IMG/VR virus record: IMGVR_UViG_2630968748_000003
Strand: one strand, 5' to 3'
Length of the DNA stretch: 64,000 nucleotides
Source of the DNA: a virus
The position numbers were made by a program, and so were the translations under genes. Shown piece after piece: positions 45,320 through 55,981 of this stretch (position 1 is the first letter of the stretch; the number at the start of each line of letters is the position of its first letter). Under the pieces are notes generated by a model. That model saw only the letters and a list, made by a program, of their open reading frames with translations. It did no database searches and was not told the DNA's origin.

Positions 45320-46333
45320 TCAACGGAATAATTCGACGCCTTTCGCATTGGAAATATCTACATTTAATTTATTAGAATTTGCGTCAACTTTGCTACTTGT
45401 ATCATTTTTTCGTTCCTTTGGTGTTGGTGGTTCGTTCTCCTCATCATCAACAGGAACTGTCGAGCAGCGACAATTGGGATGTACAGGAATATCTGGGGCG
45501 GGATTATCTCCACCTCCCATCAATTCAAATACTTTATTGTCTAGCGGTTTGCATACAGAACATGCTGTCGGTTCCGCAATCCATTTTACTTTGTCAAAAT
45601 CATTTTCCATATACAAAATACGACTGTATTGGTCCGCAACCCTGGCTGACTCAGTTCTAGCAATCCGAGAAGCAGCATAACTAGCATTCTTTACCTTATC
45701 ATCAATCAGCGACCGGAGCCGTGAACTCATTGATCAGCATTCATACCCATTACCAAACTACGTGTAATGATATTGTCTAGTTCGTTTTTCAACACGTCTT
45801 GGTTCGTCCAAATTCTGTCCGAGAACTTTGCTCCGTGATATGAACTATATATCAACGTTTCCATTCTCCGTTCTGTCATCTTTGGAACCGTCTCACCAAG
45901 TATTCCCGCTTGTCGTACACGCTCGTCCTTTAATTCAGTAACAAGTCGTTCACGAAGTTTGTCGCTTAACTCGTCTGTTTCCGCCAAGAGATCAACGCCA
46001 ATTTGACTTTTAAGCATTTCCAAACGATTAATTCGCATAGTCGCATTGTAAATCCTCAACCTTTCATTTGCTTCGTCAGAGAAGTCTTGCTCCTCCACCA
46101 TCTTTTTTGCGGTGTCTTGAAATCCTTTAACATCAAAGTTGGAGACTCGTTTTTTTCGCTTCATCTATACTGATACCCTCTTTGTTTGCATATCGTGTAT
46201 AAAATTGAGATATATCTTTATCTATTTTGTCTAATGATTTGTTATAGATTTCATCTATCTGCTTGTCAAAATCAATGTCTTGTTTTTGTTGTTGATCTAT
46301 CCACTCACGCTCTCGCTTTTCCCAATATCCCAT
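45320..46333 (-). pseudogene. Minor capsid gp7/MuF (copy 2), frameshifted as assembled
   Basis: +1 near 46150 and -1 near 45729. Confidence 0.85.
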
Positions 46334-46335
46334 AA

Positions 46336-47706
46336 TTATTCACCTTGTTCACTGGTTGTTGAATTGTTAAATCCGTAATCAGTTGCAGGGTTATTGTTAA
46401 CTGCGTTTCTTGTTTGTTCGTTTTGTTCTTCTTGAATGCGAGTTATTTCCGCCTTAGGATCACTGACAACTGACAGCGTAGACAATGCGGTTTCAAGTGA
46501 GGTAATGCCGATCAAGTTCTTTGCTGTTTCTGCTTCCTCTGCGACGTTGTTCGGAATATTACGGGTAAATCTGAACGTTATGTCCATTGGTTCGCCATAG
46601 GGCAATTGAACTCCTAATACTGAAAACATTTCACGTAAGTTCTGTGTAAATTTACGTTCTTTGTTAACAGCAAGGTTACTCATTGATTGCATTTTGTATG
46701 CTAACGCCGTTCCCGAGGTTGAACTCCCGAATACGTCATCACTAATATTCGCAATCATACTAATTTGATAAATCATTGTCGTTAGTCGATTGAGGATATT
46801 TTCTTGATTACCGTCTGCGTCTGGTTTCTCGAGGAACTTTGCGTCAACGTCGTATTCTTCACTAGCGTTTTTAGTCACGATCAAACGGTTCTGTTTGATA
46901 TTGAGTTGTTCTTCCTCCGTCAAATCAAAGTTCTTTAGGAACAAATAAGCGTGTGCAAAGTAATCAATATCATCTAGCTTGGCACTAAATGCCTTGTCGT
47001 ATGCGTGAATTAATGTAATGACTGGATCAAACACTCCCATGCGTTCCTCATTATCGAAGAACTCGACCGCAGGCACTTTGCCTTTGAACACCAATAGTTT
47101 TGAGTCTGTGATCCTAATATCATCAATATAAGTGAACGAGTCGGCTCTATTTGAATAGTATGCCGTTCCTGTAATCTCGTTCTTTGCATTCTTGCCATAT
47201 GTAACAAAGGCAATAGGCTTTTTGTTGATCGTGTCATCATAAATCATGAACGACTGATCCGGAGAGAGAACGGCTGTTTTTAGTTCGCTGTTCTCGTTGT
47301 TGTATGCCAACATGAACGCTTTGCCGTAGATACTCGACTGCTTGGAAACCTCTGCAAGTTTGTCAACGAATGAATTATTTCTGATCCACGCTTGTAGAAC
47401 TTTGTCCTTGTCTTGATCGTCCACTTTGATAGTTGGTGGAATACCAATAAAATAACCATTCAATGTGTCAACGAGGTTCTTTGGAAAGTTGACAATCAAA
47501 TGGTTGTTATCTTGCATATTTTGAGCTATCTCGTCATCAAAGGCTTTGGTTTGCCCTTTATATTCTCGTAGCTTGTCTTTGTACTGCTCTTCGTAGTTTG
47601 TTCTGTGATAGTTGATGAAACTTCGTAAATCTTCCCGAGTGAACTCTTCGTCTACTGGAAAGAGGTACTCGTCGTTATCACTGACAATTCCTCTTTGTAA
47701 TAGCAT
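46336..47706 (-). CDS. Portal (copy 2)
   Basis: Identical to 13878..15248. Confidence 0.95.
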   Translation of the reverse strand: MLLQRGIVSDNDEYLFPVDEEFTREDLRSFINYHRTNYEEQYKDKLREYKGQTKAFDDEIAQNMQDNNHLIVNFPKNLVDTLNGYFIGIPPTIKVDDQDKDKVLQAWIRNNSFVDKLAEVSKQSSIYGKAFMLAYNNENSELKTAVLSPDQSFMIYDDTINKKPIAFVTYGKNAKNEITGTAYYSNRADSFTYIDDIRITDSKLLVFKGKVPAVEFFDNEERMGVFDPVITLIHAYDKAFSAKLDDIDYFAHAYLFLKNFDLTEEEQLNIKQNRLIVTKNASEEYDVDAKFLEKPDADGNQENILNRLTTMIYQISMIANISDDVFGSSTSGTALAYKMQSMSNLAVNKERKFTQNLREMFSVLGVQLPYGEPMDITFRFTRNIPNNVAEEAETAKNLIGITSLETALSTLSVVSDPKAEITRIQEEQNEQTRNAVNNNPATDYGFNNSTTSEQGE

Positions 47707-47716
47707 TTGCTACCTC

Positions 47717-48973
47717 CTAAAATAATAAGTTCCTGTGGACTTTCGCTTGAACCTTTCCCTTGCCGTTGATTTCTTCGACAGCATATCTCGTTGCGTCTGC
47801 CCAATGGTTGAAAAGGTCAACAGGCTTGTTTGTGTACTCTCCTGTTTTCTTGTCCTTTTGCCATGTGTAGTTCTCTAGTCCCTCAATGACTTTTTGACAG
47901 CGGTCATCAACGATCAACTCGTACTGTTGCATGAATTGAATACCTTGAATGATTGAGTCTTTGCCTTTGTTGGACTTCCGAACACGTTCAATTCCGTTAC
48001 GCCGTAGTTCATCAATACTCTTTGGTTCTGCGGCGTCGGCTGTGATTACTTCTTTTGAATATCCCATTGACTTGATTACGTCGGCTATTTGATTGTTCAT
48101 CATTCCCGTTTTGCTGTATTCCTCAATGAAATACATTTTTTTGTTCTTGTCGTCCACCTTTACATGAATAAAGAACGACGGGTCATTCGTATAACCGAAA
48201 TCAAGTCCGAACATGCTCGGAACGCTTTGTAGTTCGGGAGAGTCACTGTTCAAGCGACGAACTTCGTAATTAGGAAAGATTAGTTTGTCGAGTGTTGCAA
48301 ACTCTCCAAGAGCATATATTCGATACCAAACGGGGTTTGTTGTTTTGAACTTCTCGATATTTCTCCGAGTTTGATCGTCAACAAACTTGTTATCTTTGTA
48401 GCTCGATTGATGAATGATCGTGTCCGGCTGTTTATTTTTGAAGAAATACTGATAAACCCAATTAGCTTTTGATACCGGGTTGAACATTAGAAATATTTGC
48501 TTGTTAGAGTGTTTCCTTTCACGTACACGCAATGTAAGTTGCTCGTAGTCCTCTTGACTGAACTCGGTTGCCTCTTCCATTACAACGTCCGACAGTCCCT
48601 TGATTGACTTAATCTTTTCTTGATCGTCCATGCCTTTGAAAAGGAACATTGCTCCATTCGGCAAAGTGATCTCGAAATTTGTCTTGTTGATCTTGCAATA
48701 AGGCAACAACTTCCATTCGGATAGTCGAATAACAACGTCCTCATAGATTGAGTCACGTAATCGACTCCCAACCTTTCGGAGGAACAATACTTTGCGAGGG
48801 TGTTTCCATTCTTTCAAGGCTTTCAATACTACCTTTTGAACAACGCCGTGTGACTTTCCACTTGCTGCTCCCCCGTACCAAACCTCTGTAAAGTGTTCAT
48901 AGTCATTCAAACTGTCAAAGACTGATCGGTTGAACTCTTTTTCGGGGTGCATGAATTTAATATCAATTGTCAT
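47717..48973 (-). CDS. terL: Terminase large subunit (copy 2)
   Basis: Identical to copy 1. Confidence 0.95.
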   Translation of the reverse strand: MTIDIKFMHPEKEFNRSVFDSLNDYEHFTEVWYGGAASGKSHGVVQKVVLKALKEWKHPRKVLFLRKVGSRLRDSIYEDVVIRLSEWKLLPYCKINKTNFEITLPNGAMFLFKGMDDQEKIKSIKGLSDVVMEEATEFSQEDYEQLTLRVRERKHSNKQIFLMFNPVSKANWVYQYFFKNKQPDTIIHQSSYKDNKFVDDQTRRNIEKFKTTNPVWYRIYALGEFATLDKLIFPNYEVRRLNSDSPELQSVPSMFGLDFGYTNDPSFFIHVKVDDKNKKMYFIEEYSKTGMMNNQIADVIKSMGYSKEVITADAAEPKSIDELRRNGIERVRKSNKGKDSIIQGIQFMQQYELIVDDRCQKVIEGLENYTWQKDKKTGEYTNKPVDLFNHWADATRYAVEEINGKGKVQAKVHRNLLF

Positions 48974-49385
48974 CTTCTGGATAATCTCCAATATCAATTT
49001 CAATATTGGTTCGGTTCGTTGTGTTGACGTTATCAGTAAACAAGGCATGTCGTTTCCCGATCAACTCCGCAGCCTTGATCCTGTCTTTTGCTGTGACAGG
49101 CACGTTCTCGTACAAACCTTTTGCGGTTGCCACCGTTTCCTTTGTCTGTCCTCGCATGGTCTTTGATAGGAACTCCATTACTTCGGTTGCGTCGGCAATG
49201 CTTTCACTGTGCATTGAGTCCACCTGCTCTTGTATAGCCGATTTAATGTCATCTTTTGTAAGCAATCTATTTGCCTGTTGTCTTGCCGATTTCTCTGCGT
49301 AACCGGCTCTTAACGCTGCCTGTGTTGCATTTAAATCTTTGATGTATTCATCAACGAATTTCTTTTGTTGTGCATTCAAACTCAA
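48963..49385 (-). CDS. terS: Terminase small subunit (copy 2)
   Basis: Identical to copy 1. Confidence 0.95.
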   Translation of the reverse strand: MSLNAQQKKFVDEYIKDLNATQAALRAGYAEKSARQQANRLLTKDDIKSAIQEQVDSMHSESIADATEVMEFLSKTMRGQTKETVATAKGLYENVPVTAKDRIKAAELIGKRHALFTDNVNTTNRTNIEIDIGDYPEDDN

Positions 49386-49755
49386 CTAGCACCACCTCCT
49401 TAGTAATGAAATTGAGCAACAAAAAAACACCACTCGAATGAGTGATGTTTCTTCAAGTCGCTACTACTCTACTTTTTGACCTTGCGGTCTATGCGAGCCT
49501 CGGGAATCGAACCCGAGCATAGAAATGTGATAAGAAAAAAGGTGTTGGTATTTTTAGGAGGAAACCGCCAGTACTCGCCTAATAAAAACAGTAACCGTTA
49601 TCATAAGTTACTGCGTGAAACTTGTCGTTTTTTTTAAAGGTCGTTCTGCAGTTAGAGACAGGCTGTTTTTGTGTTATAAATTATTTTCTTTCAAATTTTT
49701 CTATACTATCAATTTACCCCATTGACAAGGTTCATAAATACCCTTTTTTGTGCAA

Positions 49756-50193
49756 TTATTTGTCTATAATTTCAGGGCTAATCAGCCCTTTCTCAATAGC
49801 TAAAAGTTCAAGCATTTTATATCTCTTGTTGTAAATGGTTCTAACAGAATAATGTAACCTATCCGCAATCTCATACCACCCTAGGTAATCACTATTGACA
49901 AATCGCATATTGTAAATCATTAACTGCTCATCACTCATCTTGTCAATAGCCCGTTCACAATCATCTTTTAAATTAAATAGGCGTTGAAGTTCTTTATCTT
50001 CGTCTTTTTTTATTGTCAAAGTTTCTTGTGGCTTTATGATGATGCTTGATCTACCACCCTCTGGATTTCCGTTACTTTCAGTCCAAGGATGTTCAATAGC
50101 AACAACTCTCACAGCAATGTTGGTATTAACTTGTTGATACTCTTTAAAGTCCTCTTCAAGCTCAAGCAATCTACTCTTACTTAATTGTTTAAT
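49756..50193 (-). CDS. ArpU/RinA-family activator (copy 2)
   Basis: Copy of 17298..17735; a 1-bp deletion near 50201 lengthens the track ORF upstream. Confidence 0.85.
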   Translation of the reverse strand: MKQLSKSRLLELEEDFKEYQQVNTNIAVRVVAIEHPWTESNGNPEGGRSSIIIKPQETLTIKKDEDKELQRLFNLKDDCERAIDKMSDEQLMIYNMRFVNSDYLGWYEIADRLHYSVRTIYNKRYKMLELLAIEKGLISPEIIDK

Positions 50194-50509
50194 GGTTATT
50201 CCCCTCGTCCTTAATGAACACACCATTTAAAGTCTTCCCTTTACGATTCTTGATCGTATCAACTGCAAGTTCCAAGCAATCTTTTAAATCGAATCCTGTT
50301 TGTTGACAGAGGATAATCATGACAACCATCACATCACCAATCGAATCCGGGAAACCTGAGTTAGCATTTGAGAAATCATGATTCTTATATGCTTCCTTTA
50401 ACTCATCAATCTCTTCTTGCAGCTTATTCAATTGTTTCGCTGGGTCATTATTATCTAAGCCACGTTCTTTTGACCATTCTTGTACTGCTTTAATTAAATC
50501 GTTGTCCAT
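50189..50509 (-). CDS. MazG-like protein (copy 2)
   Basis: Copy of 17738..18052; last codons altered by the same deletion. Confidence 0.85.
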   Translation of the reverse strand: MDNDLIKAVQEWSKERGLDNNDPAKQLNKLQEEIDELKEAYKNHDFSNANSGFPDSIGDVMVVMIILCQQTGFDLKDCLELAVDTIKNRKGKTLNGVFIKDEGNNH

Positions 50510-50910
50510 TAGTCTTCTACCCTTTCTAACATTGGTTCGTATGCTGGGTTAATTGATAACCATTCCTCTTTGGTATTTTTAACCGGACGATAAAAACATA
50601 ATGGAGCCCAAATTAATTTGTTGTTGATATCGTCATGGTAAATAACGCTGTTCGTATTAGTGTCATGAACAATATACAGTTTATTAGGAAAAACAGCAGT
50701 TCCCATTACCACGTTATTAATGTCGGCCATAAAATCAAACTCTTTTGTGTGCTCCATTGTCATGTACTTTGCTTGTAAACTCCCGATACCGTGAGTTTCT
50801 GGCATGAGCAACTTACCTATTGCATGTATAGGGCTATCGTAAGCTTTTCCAAGTTCTTTTAGTTCCTTTAGTTCGCCTTCCGTGTAATTTAATTTTAATT
50901 TATATTTCAT
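50509..50910 (-). CDS. Hypothetical protein (copy 2)
   Basis: Copy of 18052..18453. Confidence 0.7.
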   Translation of the reverse strand: MKYKLKLNYTEGELKELKELGKAYDSPIHAIGKLLMPETHGIGSLQAKYMTMEHTKEFDFMADINNVVMGTAVFPNKLYIVHDTNTNSVIYHDDINNKLIWAPLCFYRPVKNTKEEWLSINPAYEPMLERVED

Positions 50911-51076
50911 CGTCTTCCTCCACTTCATCGTCTTCCACCTCTTCCATAAATGGCACAAATTTTGGATCAATAGCTGTAACTCTAATTCTCATTCGAGCTA
51001 TTTCATCATCAATAGTTTGGTAATCCTCTAACTGTTGCTCTAAATATTTTAATGTTGTTTTCCTTAGCTTTTCCAT
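50900..51076 (-). CDS. RinA/ArpU N-terminus-like 58-aa protein (copy 2)
   Basis: Copy of 18443..18619. Confidence 0.6.
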   Translation of the reverse strand: MEKLRKTTLKYLEQQLEDYQTIDDEIARMRIRVTAIDPKFVPFMEEVEDDEVEEDDEI

Positions 51077-51083
51077 ATGTTAC

Positions 51084-51515
51084 CTATCCAACCTTTTTCC
51101 CTTCAAACATATCAAGGCAGAAGTAAGTGTCTTTGAGTAGATTTCTAACTTGTTTTAAAGTTAAAAATTTATTCTCTTTCGGAATAGAAACATCATTGCA
51201 ATTTGTTCCAAGAACGGGAACACCATCAATACCGTCCTTAAATAAATATATATCTTTCCCTGTTTCTTGAGTGAGAGTTGGTTTTAATTTCCAGAGGTAC
51301 CGTGGATTAAAAAAAACACCGTCACCTCTCCAGTAATCAACCATATCAAAAATTATCTGTTCTGGTGTCTGTGATTGCATATATTTATCTTTCAAATACG
51401 TTTGGTTTTCTCGATCATATAAAACATCTAAAACATCATCAAAATCATTTTTTTGATTTTTTTGCCATTCAAGTTCTTCAATCTCTTCTTCGGTCCACCC
51501 TGTAATAGTTCTCAT
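51084..51515 (-). CDS. Hypothetical protein (copy 2)
   Basis: Copy of 18627..19058. Confidence 0.75.
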   Translation of the reverse strand: MRTITGWTEEEIEELEWQKNQKNDFDDVLDVLYDRENQTYLKDKYMQSQTPEQIIFDMVDYWRGDGVFFNPRYLWKLKPTLTQETGKDIYLFKDGIDGVPVLGTNCNDVSIPKENKFLTLKQVRNLLKDTYFCLDMFEGKKVG

Positions 51516-51748
51516 CAGTCAACCGCCTCCAATCTATCTAGTGCTAGGATATGTAACCAAAATTCTGGACGTATACAGTCCTCGGATAATTCAATCGGTC
51601 TACCAACTAATGCATAACCCGTTGTATATGGCAGTAAGTAGCCGTAAATATATCCGTCATGAAAATACGGGTCTGATTTGTCTAGCCAATACAAGTCATC
51701 TATATCTTCATCAGTTAGTTTTAATCTGTATTCTTGCGGTTTAATCAT
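51515..51748 (-). CDS. Hypothetical protein (copy 2)
   Basis: Copy of 19058..19291. Confidence 0.7.
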   Translation of the reverse strand: MIKPQEYRLKLTDEDIDDLYWLDKSDPYFHDGYIYGYLLPYTTGYALVGRPIELSEDCIRPEFWLHILALDRLEAVD

Positions 51749-52080
51749 TCTTCCACCTCCAACTTTCTGCCACACATAGGACAATAATTAATAGGAGTTG
51801 TAAAGCGTTCCCAATTCATGCACTCATTTTCAACCCGATCAGTGATTATATTTTCATCTATAACCACTGAAGTGTAATTAATGTCAGATGAATCATCAGA
51901 AACAATACCAAAAGGCTTTGAGTTCATTGGGTCACAATATTCACATGCTACTGGATTTAGTTCCACGATAGCCTCATCACAAGCCTGCACGCCTCTTTTA
52001 TATTCGCCACTAGTTTTCAAAAGATTCTTTGATATGACTTCACGGGCAATTTGAATTGATTTAATTGCACTATTTTCCAT
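51745..52080 (-). CDS. CxxC protein (copy 2)
   Basis: Copy of 19288..19623. Confidence 0.75.
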   Translation of the reverse strand: MENSAIKSIQIAREVISKNLLKTSGEYKRGVQACDEAIVELNPVACEYCDPMNSKPFGIVSDDSSDINYTSVVIDENIITDRVENECMNWERFTTPINYCPMCGRKLEVEE

Positions 52081-52450
52081 GTATTCGTTCCCTTCTTAAT
52101 TGTTCAATTTTTTCTTGTTTCAATCTCCTTTTTTTATCGACGTATTTTTGATAGGTCTTTGCCCGCCGTACACGTTTCCAAGCAATATCATTGATCAATT
52201 TAAATCGCATAGCCTTATCAAATTCAGTTTTGTTGATTTCATACAAATCAATGATTGTACGTTTTGGCGTGCCACTGTCTAATTCTTTTTGTATGTAATC
52301 CCATCTGAAATTTTTTGCTCGTTCACTCATTTCATTTCCAATGCGATCTTCCGCCCTAATCTTCATCAATGTTGGGTGGTTTTCTGGCACGTTTCGCATG
52401 TTTCCAAATTCTTCTTCTAATTCTATTACCCATTCAACAATTTTGTTCAT
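52070..52450 (-). CDS. Hypothetical protein (copy 2)
   Basis: Copy of 19613..19993. Confidence 0.7.
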   Translation of the reverse strand: MNKIVEWVIELEEEFGNMRNVPENHPTLMKIRAEDRIGNEMSERAKNFRWDYIQKELDSGTPKRTIIDLYEINKTEFDKAMRFKLINDIAWKRVRRAKTYQKYVDKKRRLKQEKIEQLRRERIHGK

Positions 52451-52457
52451 GAATTAA

Positions 52458-52649
52458 CTAGAACGGCAAAATAATATCAATTATTAATTCGTTCTTTTCC
52501 CTTTCTGTGAGATGTCGTCTTGCTAATGCGAATTCATTCGGTAATTGCATCTCATGCTTTATTACATATGCAATTGTTTTTTCTATGCTGTGTTGTTGAT
52601 CTTCAAAAATCCTAGACATATGTTCTTTGTAAATACTTTTAAAGTTCAA
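52458..52649 (-). CDS. Hypothetical protein (copy 2)
   Basis: Copy of 20001..20192. Confidence 0.6.
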   Translation of the reverse strand: MNFKSIYKEHMSRIFEDQQHSIEKTIAYVIKHEMQLPNEFALARRHLTEREKNELIIDIILPF

Positions 52650-52803
52650 GTTGGTTTCTCCTTTCAAAGGCTTGTTCATCTCTTTTGATACGTTCCATTT
52701 GCTTGCATAATTCTTCATCGCTGATCCGTAGTGCATCAGCAATTTCAATATTCGTGTATCCATTTGCTTTCATTTGGTAAATTGCCAAGGGGATATTTTT
52801 CAT
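52639..52803 (-). CDS. 54-aa HTH-like protein (copy 2)
   Basis: Copy of 20182..20346. Confidence 0.6.
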   Translation of the reverse strand: MKNIPLAIYQMKANGYTNIEIADALRISDEELCKQMERIKRDEQAFERRNQLEL

Positions 52804-52980
52804 ATGGTTGATTTTCCTTTGTGTGGCGGTGTCAATGGTTGCATTACATTCTCAATTTCAACAATTGGAATACCTGTATCTGTTTTTAAGATGTTGTCTG
52901 TTTCATCAAAAAATATTTGTCCATCAACAACCGTTATTTTTCTAGGTAACTCATTTTTTATCTTTCTTCATGTCATTCAC

Positions 52981-53502
52981 CTAAAACGGTAAATCATCGT
53001 CTGTGATATCAGCTTGTTGTGTGGACTCGTTTTCATATGTTCCGTTTTTATTCATGCCGTTAACTTCTTCATATGTCTTTTGTTTTGACTCGCTTCCTTG
53101 CGTTGTCCACTCGGTTGGTTTTGCTGATGGCTGTGCATTGCTTGGTTGTCGTTGCTCTTTATTTGCTGGTTGGTTATTGCTTGATTTTGGTTCAAGTAAT
53201 GAAAAGTTCTCTGCTAACACCTCAGTAATAAATACTCTATTTCCTTGATCGTTCTCATAGTTCCTGGTTTGAATACGACCATCAATCCCCACTAATGAAC
53301 CCTTGTGGGTAAAATTAGCAAAATTTTCCGCTGCTTTTCTCCACATAACACAATTAATAAAGTCCGCCTCACGTTCTCCGTCTGCGTTTGTATATGTTCT
53401 ATTAACGGCGACGGTAAAACTTGCTACGGCGTGCCCATTTGCTGTGTAACGCAAATCTGGATCTTTCGTTAATCTTCCTGTAATCACTGCTCTATTAATC
53501 AT
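52981..53502 (-). CDS. ssb: SSB (copy 2)
   Basis: Identical to copy 1. Confidence 0.97.
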   Translation of the reverse strand: MINRAVITGRLTKDPDLRYTANGHAVASFTVAVNRTYTNADGEREADFINCVMWRKAAENFANFTHKGSLVGIDGRIQTRNYENDQGNRVFITEVLAENFSLLEPKSSNNQPANKEQRQPSNAQPSAKPTEWTTQGSESKQKTYEEVNGMNKNGTYENESTQQADITDDDLPF

Positions 53503-53632
53503 CTGAATCACGTCCTTTTTGTATTTGGTTCGCTGTTTTTACAATCAAAGCTAATTCATCAAGTGTTATCGGTTTCCCAGTGTGTAGAAAAAAGCACTGT
53601 CGTAAACTTCTTCAATAAAACGTTGGCTTTCA

Positions 53633-54046
53633 TCAACTGTTAATTTTTTCAATTGTTACCTCCACCCTTGGTTGTTCGTCATAATCCTTTGTTGCGTTGA
53701 TCTCGACAATTTGACCATCATCAAACCATGCGCATTTGAGACCATCAAAAACCGATTTAATATAATTATCCAAGTCTGATTTAATTGCTGGCTTGACTTC
53801 GTGGCTTGCTCGCCGTTCGTGTTCTTTATTTGATATTGACTTTTGAATGCTTCTATAAAAATGCAATTCCACTTTTAAGGGTTCACCCCGTTCAAAAAGT
53901 TGCTCATTATTAAATTCTTTTCGATATTGTTCTTCGATGTTTTTTTTATATTCTGCATATTTTGGTGGGGTGTATGTTCCCCGTCTCGTGATTCTCGGCC
54001 TTTGTGCTGCGACTGGTTCACCCTCAATCGTCATTTTTAAAAACAT
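53633..54046 (-). CDS. rusA: RusA resolvase (copy 2)
   Basis: Identical to copy 1. Confidence 0.92.
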   Translation of the reverse strand: MFLKMTIEGEPVAAQRPRITRRGTYTPPKYAEYKKNIEEQYRKEFNNEQLFERGEPLKVELHFYRSIQKSISNKEHERRASHEVKPAIKSDLDNYIKSVFDGLKCAWFDDGQIVEINATKDYDEQPRVEVTIEKINS

Positions 54047-54344
54047 TCTCTTTAATCTCCTTCAAAAGCCAATTCATATTGAGCAGTTCTCCATCAATTT
54101 GTTTATGCACCGTTTCAAGCTCTGAAATAGCCATAATTAAATGTTCCTCAATATCCGTATTACCTCGATAATCAGAAACATCGTTTAAAAGTTGGTGATA
54201 CCGTCCATATATGACTTTTAAATATTTGATTTGACTTAGGATAGGATCGTGAATAATCAAAAGTTGATTATTTGCATAAGCAAGACTGTCTCTTTCCACG
54301 TTTTGAATTATTGGTAGCTCTGATATAAATTTTTCTGTTTCCAT
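54024..54344 (-). CDS. Hypothetical protein (copy 2)
   Basis: Copy of 21567..21887. Confidence 0.7.
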   Translation of the reverse strand: METEKFISELPIIQNVERDSLAYANNQLLIIHDPILSQIKYLKVIYGRYHQLLNDVSDYRGNTDIEEHLIMAISELETVHKQIDGELLNMNWLLKEIKENVFKNDD

Positions 54345-54346
54345 TT

Positions 54347-55114
54347 CTAAACCTCCCTCATGTCTTTACCATCAAACACAATTACGTTCTCAGGCTTTTT
54401 GGTAAGCAATCGACTTATAATCTTTCCGTTGTACATTCGTTGTAATTCACTACCTGTGTTGTTTGTTGTAATGATGTTTGCTTTGTTTTTTCGATAATCA
54501 GCAATTCGGAATAATACTTCTTGTGTAAATCTCGTTGCGGGTTGTATCTCTTTACCCGATGCAAAACTTGTTTCGCTTCCTAAATCATCAAGTACTAATA
54601 CATCGCATTTTTCAATACATTTTTCGATTCGATAAACGTCATGTTTTTCAATATTGTATTTATCTGTAACGGCTTGACGTTCTAAATTGATCAACATTTC
54701 AACACTTACAAACAAACATGAAATGTCAGTTTCCAAGGACTTTAATCCGTTCAAAATGCTAACTGCCAACATGGTTTTGCCTCTTCCGGCTTTACCAGTG
54801 AATAGGTAGTTCGATGTATTGCCTTTATATATTTCATTTGCGATATTTCGAGCCTGTAAGAGTTCTTGTTCTTGCTCCGGTGTATCTGCATCAAAGTCAT
54901 CAAAAACGCTTTTCAGATCATCAATATCACTAACAAGCGAACTGTTAAACATTCGATATTTCTCTTGTGCTTTATATCTTTTGGTTATGTTAATCTCGTC
55001 TTGTTTTCGTCTTTCGTCCATATCGATATTCTTCACGTTATCCCAATCAATGTTGATATCTTTTTTCTTGAGGTCTGCCAACAGTTCACTCATGATTGTT
55101 CCTAAGTTTTCCAT
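54347..55114 (-). CDS. DnaC/IstB-like loader (copy 2)
   Basis: Identical to copy 1. Confidence 0.92.
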   Translation of the reverse strand: MENLGTIMSELLADLKKKDINIDWDNVKNIDMDERRKQDEINITKRYKAQEKYRMFNSSLVSDIDDLKSVFDDFDADTPEQEQELLQARNIANEIYKGNTSNYLFTGKAGRGKTMLAVSILNGLKSLETDISCLFVSVEMLINLERQAVTDKYNIEKHDVYRIEKCIEKCDVLVLDDLGSETSFASGKEIQPATRFTQEVLFRIADYRKNKANIITTNNTGSELQRMYNGKIISRLLTKKPENVIVFDGKDMREV

Positions 55115-55123
55115 TTCGCCCTC

Positions 55124-55972
55124 CTAGTATGGTAATTTGTCCGATTCATCAACAGAGTATGGTTCATTCTTTGTTTTCGGTTTTTGTTCTGCCTTTACAT
55201 TGCTTAATGTGAACAAGCTATGATCAAGCCAGTTTTTTAAAATCCCATCTGCATAATTCCAAGATAGTTTATTGCTAAGGGCTGCCTTTTCAATTGCGAG
55301 TTGAACAATCTCATTGGCTTCAATTTCATTAGTTCCTTGATTAACGAAGTCATTGATTCGATATTCTATGTTTTGCTGCACTAATGGATTTAGTACCCCA
55401 ATGTTTTGTTGATACACTGTAAGAGTTTTTTGAAAAGCAACAGCAGGTGGCCCTATTTCTTTACTCTGCTTTTGTTTACTTTTCTTTTCTTTCCTTTCCT
55501 TTACTTTACTTTGTGTACTAATGTCAACATTTACCCCACTTGAACTGGGGTTATTGTCAACATTAACTACGCTTGAAACTAGGTTATTGTCATCATTAAC
55601 TAAATAACGTAATTTTGGTTGTTCTTTTCGTCTTTTTGTAGCTTCTAAAAACGTTGCTTGAACTCTCTTGCTTGTGAGAATTTGATACTCCTCAAATGCT
55701 TCTTCGCTGAATGTGTCGTACGAAATTAGTCTATTGATTAGTTGATCCATTTTTTCAATAGTCATTCCGTCAATTCGATTTACCAATTGCATTTGACTCA
55801 ACCTATCCCACTTCAGAAAATAACCATTCCGATAGATAGCCGATAAGAGGTAAAGAAAAGCAACAACACCCTCACTTCCAAACTCCCCCATGATTGCTTC
55901 GACTTTTTCATTTGTTGGAAAATCAACGTCGAGTGGAAAGTAATCCATGCCATTTTTAATAGGTCTTGCCAT
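55124..55972 (-). CDS. Replication initiator (copy 2)
   Basis: Identical to copy 1. Confidence 0.88.
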   Translation of the reverse strand: MARPIKNGMDYFPLDVDFPTNEKVEAIMGEFGSEGVVAFLYLLSAIYRNGYFLKWDRLSQMQLVNRIDGMTIEKMDQLINRLISYDTFSEEAFEEYQILTSKRVQATFLEATKRRKEQPKLRYLVNDDNNLVSSVVNVDNNPSSSGVNVDISTQSKVKERKEKKSKQKQSKEIGPPAVAFQKTLTVYQQNIGVLNPLVQQNIEYRINDFVNQGTNEIEANEIVQLAIEKAALSNKLSWNYADGILKNWLDHSLFTLSNVKAEQKPKTKNEPYSVDESDKLPY

Positions 55973-55981
55973 CTCGTCCTC

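Noticed and set aside
42937-46333. Novel short ORFs and genuine pseudogenes in the copy-2 head region
   Set aside because: All are pieces of copy-1 genes produced by indels that are probably sequencing errors
49756-50226. 156-aa extended activator in copy 2
   Set aside because: Created by a 1-bp deletion in a C run near 50201 that is absent from copy 1
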